Source: Octopus sinensis (taxonomy: Eukaryota). Taken from it: 64,000 nucleotides of DNA. Location of the stretch: the NCBI RefSeq assembly GCF_006345805.1, contig NC_043005.1, positions 41,726,001-41,790,000 of the forward strand. Reading direction: 5' to 3'. The stretch's first letter is position 1. Each line of letters opens with the position of its first letter. The notes under the pieces are model-generated. The model searched no databases. It had not been told where the DNA came from and saw only the letters and a program-made list of their open reading frames with translations. A program made the translations under genes and the position numbers. Positions 11,771 through 25,290 of the stretch are shown here, piece after piece.

Positions 11771-11802
11771 AATCATTTTAACGAAACATAAAGCAAACAT
11801 TA

Positions 11803-11836
<34 letters not shown>

Positions 11837-12229
11837 TTGTGGAAACAGAGTGATCACGGTACATTAGTTAGCTCATGAACTTTCAAAAATAATAGCAGTA
11901 AAGCTACGTGATCTTTTGGTTACTTATGTTACTATGGTTTCTAATGTATAACGTTATATTTTGTGTTAGTAAGATAGCGAAGATAGATTCAAAGCGCAGC
12001 ATTAGCAAGTCCTTTTGATATTAAAAAAAAAACAAGAAAAAAAATGAAGAAAATAAGTGATCATAAATATTGAGAGTCTTATAAATAAATAAAAAAAACC
12101 TCTCTTTTGAGAAATTTGAGCCTTTAGGATTCAGTCTTGTTCAAAATTAATGCTTACCAAATCTTGATGAGTGGATTTGTCTTGGTGGGTGAAATAAAAT
12201 ATAATAGTGAACACCTTGGCTTAAAATAT

Positions 12230-12640
12230 TGGTTTCAAATTTTAGCACAAGGCCAGTAATTTCGGGGGAGGGGGAAGTCGACCACAACAACCCCAATGCT
12301 CGACCCTGGAAGGCAACATTGATCCTGGCAGCATTTGAACCTCAGAACACAAATACAGATGAAATGTTGCTAAGAACTACGACCGGCGTGCTAACGATTC
12401 TGCCAGCTCACCGCCCTAACTTAGATTAAATATTGCTTTCGAATTTTTGTATAATGGGGAGGGGCTAAGTCGATTACACCGACGTTAGTGGTCAACTGAT
12501 ACTTATTTTATCGACCCCGGAAGAAAAAAAGTCGATCCTGGCGTTATTTGAAACTTTGCAATACGAAAACAGATGGAATGAGGCAAAGAACTATATCTGG
12601 CTTGCAAATGATTCTGCCAGCTTGACGTCTTACCTGAAAA
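12230..12640 (-). mobile_element. Two degenerate SINE family B copies
   Basis: AGTCGA..ATTTGAAC..CTGCCAGCT motifs occur twice. Confidence 0.7.
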
Positions 12641-12732
12641 TATTGATTTGGATATAATACTATTGGCGTAGTCACTGACTTCTCTTCGTGAGGAGATAAA
12701 CAACAACAATGACAACAAAAACTACTACTACA

Positions 12733-12778
<46 letters not shown>

Positions 12779-13566
12779 GGAATACCTGTAAGCACACATA
12801 TACGTTAGACTGTTAACATGTTATACAGTCTCATACCGTAAAGTTTGTTCTCAATTCAAATATAAATTTTATTTTAGATAATCATAAGGGAAATACATCT
12901 CCTTTCTTATATGAATATAAATTAGATCCTAAACGAAATATATAAACATAAATGATTACTAAACTGAAAGAGAAAAGAGCAGAATACTTGATACAAGTCA
13001 GTAGGTGTGTAAGAACAGTCCAAGTTTGGATATTCAATGTTACGTTAAAAGTATGTAACATTGACTGTTCAAATCTATGATATTACACACGCACATTCAC
13101 ATTGATACTTACTCAGAAGGATAGATTGACATATCCACGCACATATCAACAAACATACGCACGTACATACATGTTTGTGTTTGTATGTATACATACATAC
13201 GCATATATAGCTGTGGTGGGTCACCGTTGTTCGAAAATATGGGTTCAGTTGTTTTGTTAATTGGATTACAGGCTCCTGCTTTAACATTTTTCTCACTGAA
13301 CAATTTTTGGATATTTGTAATCTTAGAGTAATTTCCAAACAGAGTAAACGTGATACTGCGTGTGCTAGGGCTGTACTTTTGAATAACATGTAGAATGTGC
13401 CTGACAGTTTTTTTGATACAATTTTCATGTACCCAATTCTACTCTCAAACGATGGATCAATCCCGGCTTATAGAAAATAACATTTGTCCCAGATGCCTCA
13501 CAGTGGGATCGATTCCGAAACTTCGCAGTGTCAAAATTCCTTACTCCCCGGCTGTGTTGTATCTTA

Positions 13567-13930
13567 CTCGACTCCGTCGGTCACGAATGATCATGGGTGT
13601 ACCTAAGAGGTTCCTCTCCGCAGTACAAAACTGGGCGGAAAGTCACCTCACCGGTGAACACACAACCTAGGGAGGTTTTTTTTATAGAAGACCAACAGTT
13701 GCCAAGCATACCAGCCTCCCCACTCTACGCCACCGATGTTATCCAAGGCAAAGGCCGATACAGCTTGGCATCAGTGACGTCGCCACTCATTTCTACAGCT
13801 GAGTGAACTGGAGCAATGTGAAATAAAGTGTCTTGCTCAAGAAAACAACACGCAGCCCGATCCGGGAATCGAACTCACAACCTCACGATCGTAAGCTCGA
13901 CACTCTAACCACTGAGCCATGAGCCTTCAC
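13567..13930 (-). mobile_element. tRNA-derived SINE family D
   Basis: Head GTGAAGGCTCATGGCTCAGTGGTTAGAG..GAGTTCGATTCCCGG, CORE-like TTGAGCAAGACACTT, tail ACCGACGGAGTC. Confidence 0.8.
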
Positions 13931-14239
13931 AATGTCTTAAAGACACAAATAAAGTGGATACACTGATATCAAACCAATATCACGCTATCGTCTTTAGTTT
14001 AAGGAGACTGAGTGACGGAGTCTTCTCTTAAGATATTTTCATGCATTTAACTTCGTACACGATTTCATTTCCACTGAAATAATGTGATTAGTTTTAAATA
14101 TTCAATCAACAAACTACATGAAAATTTACACAAAGCTATTTTCACAGCGCCTGGTTGACGTACTATTCTCTACTACCGAATATACATAAATCGGTTTTAG
14201 TAACAGTATTACAATGAGAACCGCCTAAAAATATCATGT

Positions 14240-14241
14240 AC

Positions 14242-14325
<84 letters not shown>

Positions 14326-14362
14326 GTCTATCTATCTATCTATATCTATCTATCTATCTATC

Positions 14363-14429
<67 letters not shown>

Positions 14430-14434
14430 GTCTG

Positions 14435-14484
<50 letters not shown>

Positions 14485-14520
14485 CATCTATCTATCTACA
14501 TGTCTGTCTATCTGTCGATC
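14240..14520. repeat. (CTAT)n microsatellite
   Basis: Directly visible. Confidence 0.95.
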
Positions 14521-15169
14521 TATACACATATATGGAAATGCAAATATAGATGCACACGCTGTTTCATCGAACTTACTCGCACATACGCACACACGCACGC
14601 ATACACACATGCATAGCCGTCACTTATACATAAATCCTAACCATTTAGCACTGATAATTAATGAACAGTCTGCATATCCTACATTTTCTTCTCGCCTGGA
14701 ACTATTACTAGCTTTGAGGACACTGGCCATAAACACAACTTTTATAAATCTATAAAAACAAAATCAATTTCAGATAACCTATTGACTGTTTTTCAAATAG
14801 TCCATTACCTGATGTAAACATTGAAGATCAACAGGAAATATACATAAGATTATTATTATTATCAGAAACTAAAATGCTCATGTTAGAAGAAAGTGTCCAA
14901 ATATAAAAGTTCTTACAAGATGCGGTAGCATCCTTGCTAAAGTTGTGATATCATTCGTTAACCGAAGATATATCGTTAAGGATAAGTCAGACAGGAAAAT
15001 GAATGCCTATCAGAGAGAGAGCTTTCCTTTGAAAGCAAAATAATTTAGCATACTGCTTGTCTAAAACCTCACCTTGTGTTCCGTTAAAGAATACATTTGC
15101 TAAGCACTGATTATATAAACCATATCCACAGTTATAACCACGAATATTTTAAGCTATGCTATTTATATA

Positions 15170-15214
<45 letters not shown>

Positions 15215-16369
15215 ATTTTCAGCTTTATCAACTATGGATAATAGTGTATTGTCATTGTGTTGTCTTGTAAAAGTTCCTGGGGAAATTGTTCAGCAAACCA
15301 TCTTCGATTCAAGTGCTTGTTCAGCCTCTTCTATTGATTAGGCAGATCCTTTGTTTCTAACAGTAGATTAAGTGACTCGATTCCTCACATTGGTTACGGG
15401 AGATAAATGTATATTTATTATTTGCTTCCATATGAAATTTATAATAGCTTATTTACAAATCGAAATGATTATGATATACTGAGATTCTATATACTTAGAA
15501 GTCGTAATTGAACACTCCCCAATTAAGTACCGAAACAATGGATATTTATGTCTCTCCAACGCACGTGATACATTATTTTTACTGGTTTGGCTTCCACCAA
15601 TCACCGTAGACCGTCGTTTGTCTACTAAGTGTTCCTTTACATTTTATCATTACTTAATACATGATTCGTGTAAACTGGCATCAGAAAATAGAGGATTTGT
15701 TTGGTAAAATCTGCATAACAAATAATTATGCTCAATTATTTACAACAAATGACCACGAGACTCCTTCTTGGATATATTTTTCCACTGCTATCTATTTTAT
15801 GAAGAGTGCCAGCTCTCTGCTAGTTTTTCTGATTCTAACAGCGTCTGGCCACTGATCTTTATGCCAACTTTTATTTTGTTTAAATTTATTTTTGCTTATT
15901 TTCTTTTCTTAATATAATGTTTAATTTATAGGAAAAATGTATTCATTACGCTTGTCAAATGATAATCAGCAATGAAATGAGGTCACAGACACACAGCATC
16001 AACAACAAGCACATTAACAAGAAGATCAATAATAAGAGTAAAAAAAAAAAAAAACTACAAATAGAGAGCACCATTTCAACCCCAAAGACATTAAACAACA
16101 AAGTCTGCAACAATCATAACAACAACTGCAACCTCAAAAATCCGCAACAACAGCACATCAAAAAGGCCATATAATATTATTAAACGGTTTCAGCAGCATA
16201 AAGAGTGGCAAGAACAATACCTGGATGTTAGTTCTAGTCTAGTGTTACGAATTCCCATCAGTGATGAGGACAATAGCAGCAACACCAGCAACGCCACCAA
16301 CACCACAGCACCTCGATTATTACTAATACAACCACAGATTCCACTCCCCCACTAAAGCCACTACCAACA

Positions 16370-16392
16370 AGAACTATAATAGCAACAACAGC

Positions 16393-16476
<84 letters not shown>

Positions 16477-16489
16477 AATAATAATAACG

Positions 16490-16587
<98 letters not shown>

Positions 16588-16635
16588 AAATATGATGATA
16601 ATAATATAATAGTAATAATAATAATAATAACAACA
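16370..16635. repeat. Compound (TAA)n/(GAT)n microsatellite
   Basis: Directly visible. Confidence 0.95.
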
Positions 16636-17259
16636 ACTTATGAAATGCTATCTGGCCATAAACTTCAATAAGCTGTTAACTGTGAAACAGCAGCAACAGC
16701 GACAATAGAAGCAACAATAACAGCAAAATGTCGACTTCAGAACTGAAATTTGATTAAAGAGAACAAGTTGTAGACGTAGGTACATCAGACCAATATTTAG
16801 TGGATATTCATTGACCCTGGTTGGGTGTGAACTCAGAAACTAAGTGATTCAAACAAAATGTTTCAGACATTTTCCATTCTCTTTAAGGTATTTTATGGAA
16901 CGAGACTAAATATTGTCAAATATTTACTCCAGTTACTATCCACCAATTCCACTGTACCCATAATAGCTATAAACAATGTACTGGACTTCAGTCATTACTT
17001 GGAGACAAAATCAATAAATACACCAATAGCGATAACAACATCAATTATGCTGGACTTCGATCATGCCAAAGCAACAAGAAGACGAGCAATAAGAAGCGAA
17101 CAATAAAAGAAATATCAACAAAGATAAGAAGGGAGAAGATGAAGATATGCCTTGGCGATGGTCTATAGTCGCCGTCCCGATAACATTTCCCATTATAGAT
17201 GGCTAAAAAAAAAAAAAAAGAACTGTTGTGAAAGTGCAATTAGGGGAAGGCTGTTAGGT

Positions 17260-17900
17260 GTTATGGAGAGAGGGGCAGACTTTGGAGAAAGAGGAAGATA
17301 AAAATATTAAAAACAAAAGCAGTTACATAGAGATGAAACAGGACTTCATGCATAATTAAAAGTGAGATGAATTGACAACGATAGGAAGAGAGGAAAGAGA
17401 GAAAGTGTGAATAAGCGAGAGAGGGAGAGAAAGAAGTGGGGAAGAAATAACGAATAAAGAAGAGCAAAGAATAGAAAAATGTTAGGAAGAGAGATTGTAA
17501 ATGACAGAAGAAAAAGAGGAAATAGCGAGAAGTGGTAGTAGAAAGAAGAGAGATATAGAATAGAATTAAAAAGATGGGGAAGAGGGAATACAGCAAAAGC
17601 AGGAGAGGTAGAGAATTGAAACAGAAGCGTAAACGGCAAGCATTGAAAAAAGAGTAGGAGAAAGATGGGGGTGGAATAATAAGATTTACCCGGAAGAAAG
17701 AGCTGAGTAGGGAAAGAGGTAATGAAAAGAAAAACGGAGGGGAGAGAATGAGAGAAGAATAATGTTGACACAAGGACGAATCGGAGACAAAAGAACTACA
17801 CCAGCAGACAGAGGGCGTAACTGGGGTGAATGGATAAATAGGTGAAAATGTGGGAAGCAGGAAGGAGGCACAATAAGAAGAGTAAGGATGGCTAAACGAG
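17260..17900. repeat. Purine-rich (A/G) low-complexity tract
   Basis: Strong A/G strand bias. Confidence 0.8.
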
Positions 17901-18908
17901 TGCATGTGTGAATGTATATGCATATAGACCAGACGGGTTGTGGTAGGTTATGTGTGTGTGTGTGCGTATATTCACGTGTAACCGTTTGCGTAGCCAGACA
18001 TTTTAAGTTTGCATACGAAATTTGTAATTTATGTGTGAACACATCCTAGACATGTGCACGTCTTACAGTTTGTTGTATGTGTGAGTGTATGTTATCGAGA
18101 ATATGCAAGTATCTGTACCAGAGCATGATGTCAAAATAACTGCATTTGTTAATATGTGAGTGCGTGCGTGCATTTACAGGCAAATGTATGTCTGTGTGTG
18201 GGTGTTTGTACACAGGGAAATGGATGTGTGTGTGTATGCAGGTCAGAGTGTATGTATGCTTTACTTTTATGCAGTTATATATATAAAAGCACACACTCAT
18301 GTGCACAAGAATAGGTGTGTGGTATTGCGGAGACATGTAAGGGGAAAATGGGACCAGAGATTTAGGCAGATAGGAAGTTACGAAAATAATATAGAGTGAT
18401 TAAAAGAATGACAAAATGACTAGAGAGAGCAAAAAGTGAGAGAGAAAGAACTTGATAAAGTTACGAGTATGAATGTTAAAAAGTGATGGTGAATTAATTG
18501 GAGGTATAGGTAAAGAAAAGAAGAGAAAAATAGAAACTGAGAGATTTCGATAATGTGTGTGTGTGAGTGAGAGAGAGAGAGAGAGAGGAAGAGATAAAGT
18601 GAAAAGTTGACGTAATGAAAGTAAGAGTCGTGTAAGAGAAAGAGAAAACTAGTTAAAGACACACAGGGAGATCGTCTTGAGAAAAGACAGTGTAAGAAAA
18701 ACGAAGTGGGAGATGAAGTGGAGAGCACCAGCCAGGAATCACAGATACACACACACACACACACACACAAAAGTAAAGGAATAATGGAATGATGGAATAA
18801 TGATGGTGGAGGAGGGTGCGAAAATGGTAAAAGGAATGTGAGGAATTAAAAATATTAAGACAAAGGAAGAGGAAATACATACAGACAATTCATGCACACA
18901 CGCTCGCG

Positions 18909-18939
<31 letters not shown>

Positions 18940-18989
18940 TATATATGTGCACATATATGTATGCATGCGTACATACATACATACAGACA

Positions 18990-19029
<40 letters not shown>

Positions 19030-19042
19030 CATACATATATAT

Positions 19043-19243
19043 GACTCTTCCACCTTTTCCTCGTCCTCTTTTACCTTTCTTCTTCTTTCCTGGATCTTTC
19101 CTTCTCCTATGTTTCCGACGAAGAGCTCCGCTCGAAACGTTAAACCCTCCTTCTTTCCTTCTTTCCTGAGCGTCCAATAATACAATATTTGTTCCACGTT
19201 CTCGCGTTGTTGTGTTTTTTTGTGTTTTCTTGTTTGGATTAAC
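19043..19243 (+). mobile_element. Short PLE-3'-end-like repeat within (TA)n
   Basis: Pyrimidine-rich run followed by an HHR-like motif; (TA)n on both sides. Confidence 0.55.
19111..19145 (+). ncRNA. Minimal type I HHR motif (CCGACGA variant)
   Basis: GTTT CCGACGA A GAGC-TCC-GCTC GAAA CG TT AAAC; stem I GTTT/AAAC; palindromic AACGTT. Confidence 0.6.
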
Positions 19244-19335
19244 TATATATATATATATATGTATATGCATATATATACATTTATATGTATGCATATACAT
19301 ACATATGTACATATATATATATGTATATATAATGT

Positions 19336-19383
<48 letters not shown>

Positions 19384-19488
19384 TTGTGTGTGTATGCATA
19401 TTTACGTATATATATATATATATATATATATAAGTATGTATGTATATATGCATATGTACAGTATGAATATATATGTATGTGTAATATA

Positions 19489-20675
19489 CAGGTTGCGGTG
19501 AATAAATTGTCGCCTAAATTACGCCAAAATGAAAATAACATTAACATCTCATTTTAATAGATATATTTATCAAAAGTGCTAAAAAGTAACTATATTCAAT
19601 AAAATTGCCATTGGTTTCGACCACGGCCTCCGGACGACTTCAGACTCTCCGGCAAATCTTCTGGATGCTCCCATTTATTAAGTTGGTGAGTGGACTGCTG
19701 CCATAATCCTTGCCGTCAGTTCATCTTTGATGTTAGAAGGAGTTTTGTTGGTCTCTCGCTCAACTGCGTCCCACATATGATAATCAAGGGGGTTGCAGTT
19801 TGGAGAGTTAGGTGACCAAATGTCAGGGGTGATATGGCCGCATAAATTGTCTGACAGCCACGACTGAGTTCTCCTGCTTGCATAGTATGGTTCATTGTCC
19901 TGTTGCCAGACGTAGGGTCTCGAGCAGCCATCCTCTTCACTGCCTCCTTCAGGCACTTGATGTAGGCCTCCGTATTGAGTCTGAGGTCCTGTGGAAAGAT
20001 GAATGGAAGCATAAAGTCGCCATCGCTAGTGATCACCCCAAACACCATGATGTTGACTGGATGTCTGATTTTTATGTTTTATGTTTTTATGTTTGGGGAC
20101 ACGGCAAGCCAACGGTTTTGAGTTTGTTCAAAGGCTTCGTAGCGCGGTCTTTCCTTTTGTCATTGATGGCTTGGAATAAAAATTGGCCCTTGGTCATCTT
20201 TCATGTGGAATATCGAATGTCTTCATGCACTACCTGCCTGATAAGAAACTCTGACTCCCCCATGTCCTTGGCGATGGACCTGATTGTCTTGGAGGGATCG
20301 TTGTTAATCATTGCCTGGATCTCACCAACAAATTCAGGAATTCTTTTCTTATCAGAACGATCAGAGCGAGTGTGCTGAGCCGCTGTACCTTCGTAATCAC
20401 TATTTGACTCATCCAACTCATTCTGAATCTTCTGCACATTAACACTTAAACACTCTGAAATGTTCGCATTTCAGAGTGTCGGTCGCGAATGCCAAGCAGT
20501 ACAGCATCTCATTTCCAAATTTCTGGCAGAGTGAATTGAGTCATGGTGCTGTTTTTCTCACAGAAGATACCCACCTGACCCTACTATGCTGTGTAGTCGG
20601 CAAAACGAAAAACAAACAATGCGCATGCACAAAATTAAAAGTATAAAATAGCGACATTTTACCCATCGCGTCCTG
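19489..20675 (-). mobile_element. maT (DD37D) Tc1/mariner transposon, degenerate
   Basis: TA-CAGGTTGCGGTG..TTGTCGC left TIR, imperfect right TIR; transposase fragments with QQD, 37 residues, then D in NPLDY. Confidence 0.85.
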
Positions 20676-20925
20676 CGTATACGATTCAGTGGACAAACGA
20701 AAGAAAGTGGCACTCAACAAATTTGTTAGAAGTTACATATATCAGTTAATAACAATTTGACTAGGCCAAGTCAAACTGTTATTAAATAATATATATATAT
20801 GTGACGTCCTCATGTTTGTTCTTGTTCTTACTCTTATTCTTTTTCTACCCTTTTTAAAAAGACAAACACACTGTAGCTATTATTAACTGACTTTTATATG
20901 TGTTAGCCTTCCCAATCGCTTATAC

Positions 20926-21037
20926 CCTCTGAAGAAGCATAGAGGCACATTCATTATCCAAGTCTTACCTGCTCATACCTACATAACACTGAAGAGAAGC
21001 AAGATTTCCTTGCCTCTTTGCAGAAACGGCCGTAAGG
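20926..21037 (+). ncRNA. Type I HHR motif with extended stem II
   Basis: CCT CTGAAGA A GCATAGAGGCA..TGCCTCTTTGC A GAAA C GGCC G TA AGG; stem II pairs 10 of 11; A.A mismatch at 10.1/11.1. Confidence 0.7.
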
Positions 21038-21294
21038 AACTAGCACCTTCTGACAATCTGCACATTTGCTCATGTACTTATTCAATCACTTGCTCCTATA
21101 GGATTATATGCTTCCACACCCTTGTTCTTGCAATTACCAACTCTTTATATTTGATATTCTGTACTACTAATAAATGTGTATGTATGCATCTAATACATTT
21201 CAATACATTGGAATAAATAGACATAATGGAATGTTCACCGGCTGATGTCTGTCCATTTTGTGTCCTCTCCACTTTCTTATTTGCCGTATATATA

Positions 21295-21448
21295 CGACCG
21301 GCTTCCTTCACTTTCCGTCTACCAAATCCACTAAGAAGGCTTTGGTTGGCCTGAGGCTATAGTAGAAGACACTTGACCAAGGTGCCACGCAGTGGGACTG
21401 AACCCGGGACCATGTGGTTTGGAAACAAGCTTCTTACCACACAGTCAT
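21295..21448 (-). mobile_element. SINE family A, 5' half
   Basis: Matches the family A head. Confidence 0.8.
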
Positions 21449-21849
21449 GTATACCCTTGATAAAGCTGCAAAATTACCTCAAAATAGTTACTCAGAGTTT
21501 CACGCTCCCGTTCGTCGGAAAGATATATATGTAGGCATGTATGTATGATTGTATGCATATATTTATGTTTATTATGTTTATGTATGCGTGTGTATGTTTT
21601 TTTCTCTTTTAACTCAATAGCCACGTATAACATTGAAATGTAAAATTTGCACAAAGAAGGTACGATACCCTATCTACAAAGAAGAAAATATAAGTTCTTA
21701 GGAATAGAATGATGTAGTCCATGATTGAGAATGCAGTATTCAGGTTAGAGAGGTCATCACGAAGATTTCTAGTACAAAAACTATCATCCTTTTGAAGACA
21801 GCCTGTAAGAGGAACACTTTATCCAAGTCAATTTTATATTTTATTTACA

Positions 21850-23640
21850 AATTTTAGAATATGTTTTAAATGTTACTAATCCGGTAGGGTTTTACCACAT
21901 AAAACATTTGCTGATCACCCAACAACATCATTTTAACATAGTGTGATTCAGGGTGAACTGCAACTTTGCACACAAAATGATTCTAGACAAGGTAACTGAA
22001 TAGGTGTAGCTGAATATTTATTACATTTTGTTATGGTATACCTATTGCATTTGAATGATGACTTAAAGTACTTCGTTGGATGTTTGTGAATATTTATAAA
22101 TTCTTCCTGAACACATATTGGTGTATAGTTGTGATAAACTTCGAACATTAGTCTCCAGTGAGCAGACAAACTTATTTAATAAGTGTTTAGTATTTCATTA
22201 TTAATCCTTAAAGGCTGGGAGTTGGATCCTCTGAGTCTTTGATATAATTCTGACTGCAAGTTTTTGTGAAGTATGAAGTTTACTTAATTTTGACTTCTTG
22301 ACACTACCCGAAGCTAGGTTACTGTATATTAAACATGTTTTAATAAAAGAATTATATAAAATTTTCTTCGTTTTGTTGAAAGCTTACGTCCCCTAGTTTG
22401 AGTTTGGATTCTACTGCTTGAATGTGCAATTTCCATTTCAGATTTTCGTCAATAAGAATTCCAGAAACTTTCTATATCTGGACCTTTTGAATTCTTTTGA
22501 GGCAAAGTGAAATTTTTTGAGCTATAAAGGCAAATTATCGTCATTATCTAATGAACAGAATAGAGTGTATTTAGTTTTATCTACGTTTAGAGAAAGCTTA
22601 ATTGCTGAATACCAGTCATTTATGAATGATAATTGGTTCTTCATTTCTTTGAATAATGTGTGGTAATCCTTACCTGCTAAGAAAAGTTTCGTGTCACCGG
22701 CAAACATGATAACATTTAGAAGTGGAACTGCACGGTGCATATCGTTAACATACATAAGAAAGAGGAGGAAGGGTCTAATATTGAGCCTTGAGGAGCATTG
22801 CAAGCTATTGGTTTGTACGCGGATTCGGTATCATCAATTACCACAAACTGATATCTATTACCTACGTAACTTTTCAACCATGCCATTTCTTTCCCAGTAA
22901 CTCCATTTTCGAGTTATTTTTATGGGTATTCTATGATCAACAGTGTCAAAAGCTTTACTGATAAAAAACTCGATGAAAGCTCCAACTATAACATGCTTAT
23001 TTGACATAACTGCCGTGATGTAATTAATGATTTCAATCAGCCTATAGTCTATACCAGAACTTTTTCGAAAATCAAATTCTCTGGGATGAAAAAAAGATTA
23101 TTTTTCTCAAAGAAGTCGTTAAGATGAGAGTGCATGAGTCTACCCAACAATTTGGAGAAGACTGGTAAGATTGTTATTGGTCATTAATTACCAACTTCAA
23201 TTTTTGCTCCTGATTTAAAAAACGGCATGAATTTTGCTATTTTCATTTAGTCCGGAAATTCTCTTACTGCAAATGTAGTATTAAAGACATATAGTAATGG
23301 AACTTTTATGAAATTTAAAAAAAGAACCTTATACTCAAGGAGTTATATCTACACGCTTTGTTTGCCTTCAGACGAGTGAATGCGTTCTTCAATTCCTCAT
23401 ACGTAACTGGACTCATTTTGAATAAATGACTGTTCTTTGTGAAAATCTCACGAAAACTCATTGTAACATCGAGGCACATGAAAACATTTATAGCCAAGTA
23501 ATTCATATTTGAATTTAAATCCTCTTCTTTTTCCGTCTTTTGCCCAAGTTTCTTGAAGGCAAATAATAAGCAAATAAAAAAAAATCGCAGAAGTTTTAGG
23601 AAATTTATTAAGTATCGTTTTCATCAAAAGAACATGATTC
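21850..23640 (-). pseudogene. CR1/L2-clade reverse transcriptase relic
   Basis: KAFDTVDH (about 22934-54), PQGSIL (22775-93), MFAGDTKLF (22681-710), LSLNVDKTK. Confidence 0.85.
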
Positions 23641-23779
23641 AATATAAAAGGGCGTTACTTCTGCCGCACCCTGTATATTCCTTATAATACTTAGTTTATT
23701 ATTCAGATATCTAATCCCACCAAATGTTATAAAGAATTGATTATCTCCCTCCCTTTTCATTCTACTAGGGAAACCACTT

Positions 23780-23812
<33 letters not shown>

Positions 23813-23841
23813 TATATATATATACAATTTCGTCCTATATG

Positions 23842-23910
<69 letters not shown>

Positions 23911-24744
23911 ACGAAATTGTACAAAATGAAAAACAAAATACAGAGACAGTTGAGGGGAAAACAGACAAGGTGTTTGATGTTTCGAGCCTGCCCTCGTTTA
24001 AGGAATGAGGAGAGAAAACTGATGGAGAGGGATAAAAAACGGGGAGAAAAGCATGTCTGGATTAATTGTTGCAGAGGTCGAACACTTCAGACAAGGATTC
24101 AAAAATATTATTTTTGACACTTTGAAAAATTACAGATAGAATTTTCTAAACGTCTTTTTTTTATATAGATACACGTATATCTTTGTAACTCCTACCCCGT
24201 AATGAATTAAGGGTAACATGGAATTAAACAATATACTATATTTTCCAGTCTTTTGTTTCGATGTGTAATTGTAAGGCAATAGAATTCACCAGAAATTACA
24301 AATGCTGTGTAAATTTAATTTAAAATAAAGCATCTATATAGATATATTTCATTACTGTGAACACGAAGATGTGCTTCAAAAGGACACACTTCCAGACCAT
24401 AACAAGCAGTTTTTATTAATGGCGTGTCAACTTTGCAAAGTAGTTGATTCTTGAGGTTATTTTATATAGAATTCTCATTTGCTATTTGGTAATTGTGACA
24501 CAATCTCTTGAGAGGAAATGATTTATGTTGCATGACATTTGATATACCAGTATTTGTTTGTGTTTTTAAATAGACAGACAACAGACCGTTCTAATTTAAA
24601 TCCGGGCAGGGACCTTACAAGCACTCTGATAAAATCCAGACTTGGGCTAACTACATCGAATGATAGGAAGCATTTAGAATCGTTTAGAATAAACGATTAA
24701 ACTGTACAATTAAACTCTACTCTCGTCGATTAGTAAATCCTCAG

Positions 24745-24921
24745 TTAGAAATTCTAACTGGAACCCCACCTGCTGTTCATCTCGATTTGAGATCATCATG
24801 TCGCACACACATGGTTGTGATGCATGAAGCTGATGTACCGTTATCAGACGCGTAGTCATGATGAGTATATTAAATTTCATAAATTTGTACCCCAGTCTCA
24901 CTTTGATGCTCTACATTGATC
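24745..24921 (+). repeat. 3' part of a 550-bp TAA-embedded repeat
   Basis: Homologous to 27140-27325 and 39650-39843. Confidence 0.8.
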
Positions 24922-24924
24922 TTT

Positions 24925-24936
24925 CACTCAATGATG

Positions 24937-24988
<52 letters not shown>

Positions 24989-25030
24989 GGAATTTATGGC
25001 TCAATTATTATATTATTATTATTATTATTA

Positions 25031-25080
<50 letters not shown>

Positions 25081-25100
25081 TATTATTATTATTGTTATCA

Positions 25101-25161
<61 letters not shown>

Positions 25162-25193
25162 TATTATTATTATTATTATTATTATTGTTATCA

Positions 25194-25251
<58 letters not shown>

Positions 25252-25290
25252 TATTATTATTATTATTATATTATTATTATTATTATTATT
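24925..25290. repeat. (TAA)n switching to (TTA)n, with a higher-order repeat
   Basis: Strand switch at about 24990; GTTATC..ATCATTATC..ACC block repeated twice. Confidence 0.9.

Noticed and set aside
7380-13930. tRNA genes
   Set aside because: The tRNA-like A/B-box sequences are SINE heads that continue into repeat bodies, with no complete cloverleaf.
17261-17923. 220-aa hydrophobic ORF resembling a membrane protein
   Set aside because: Antisense reading of a purine-rich low-complexity tract.
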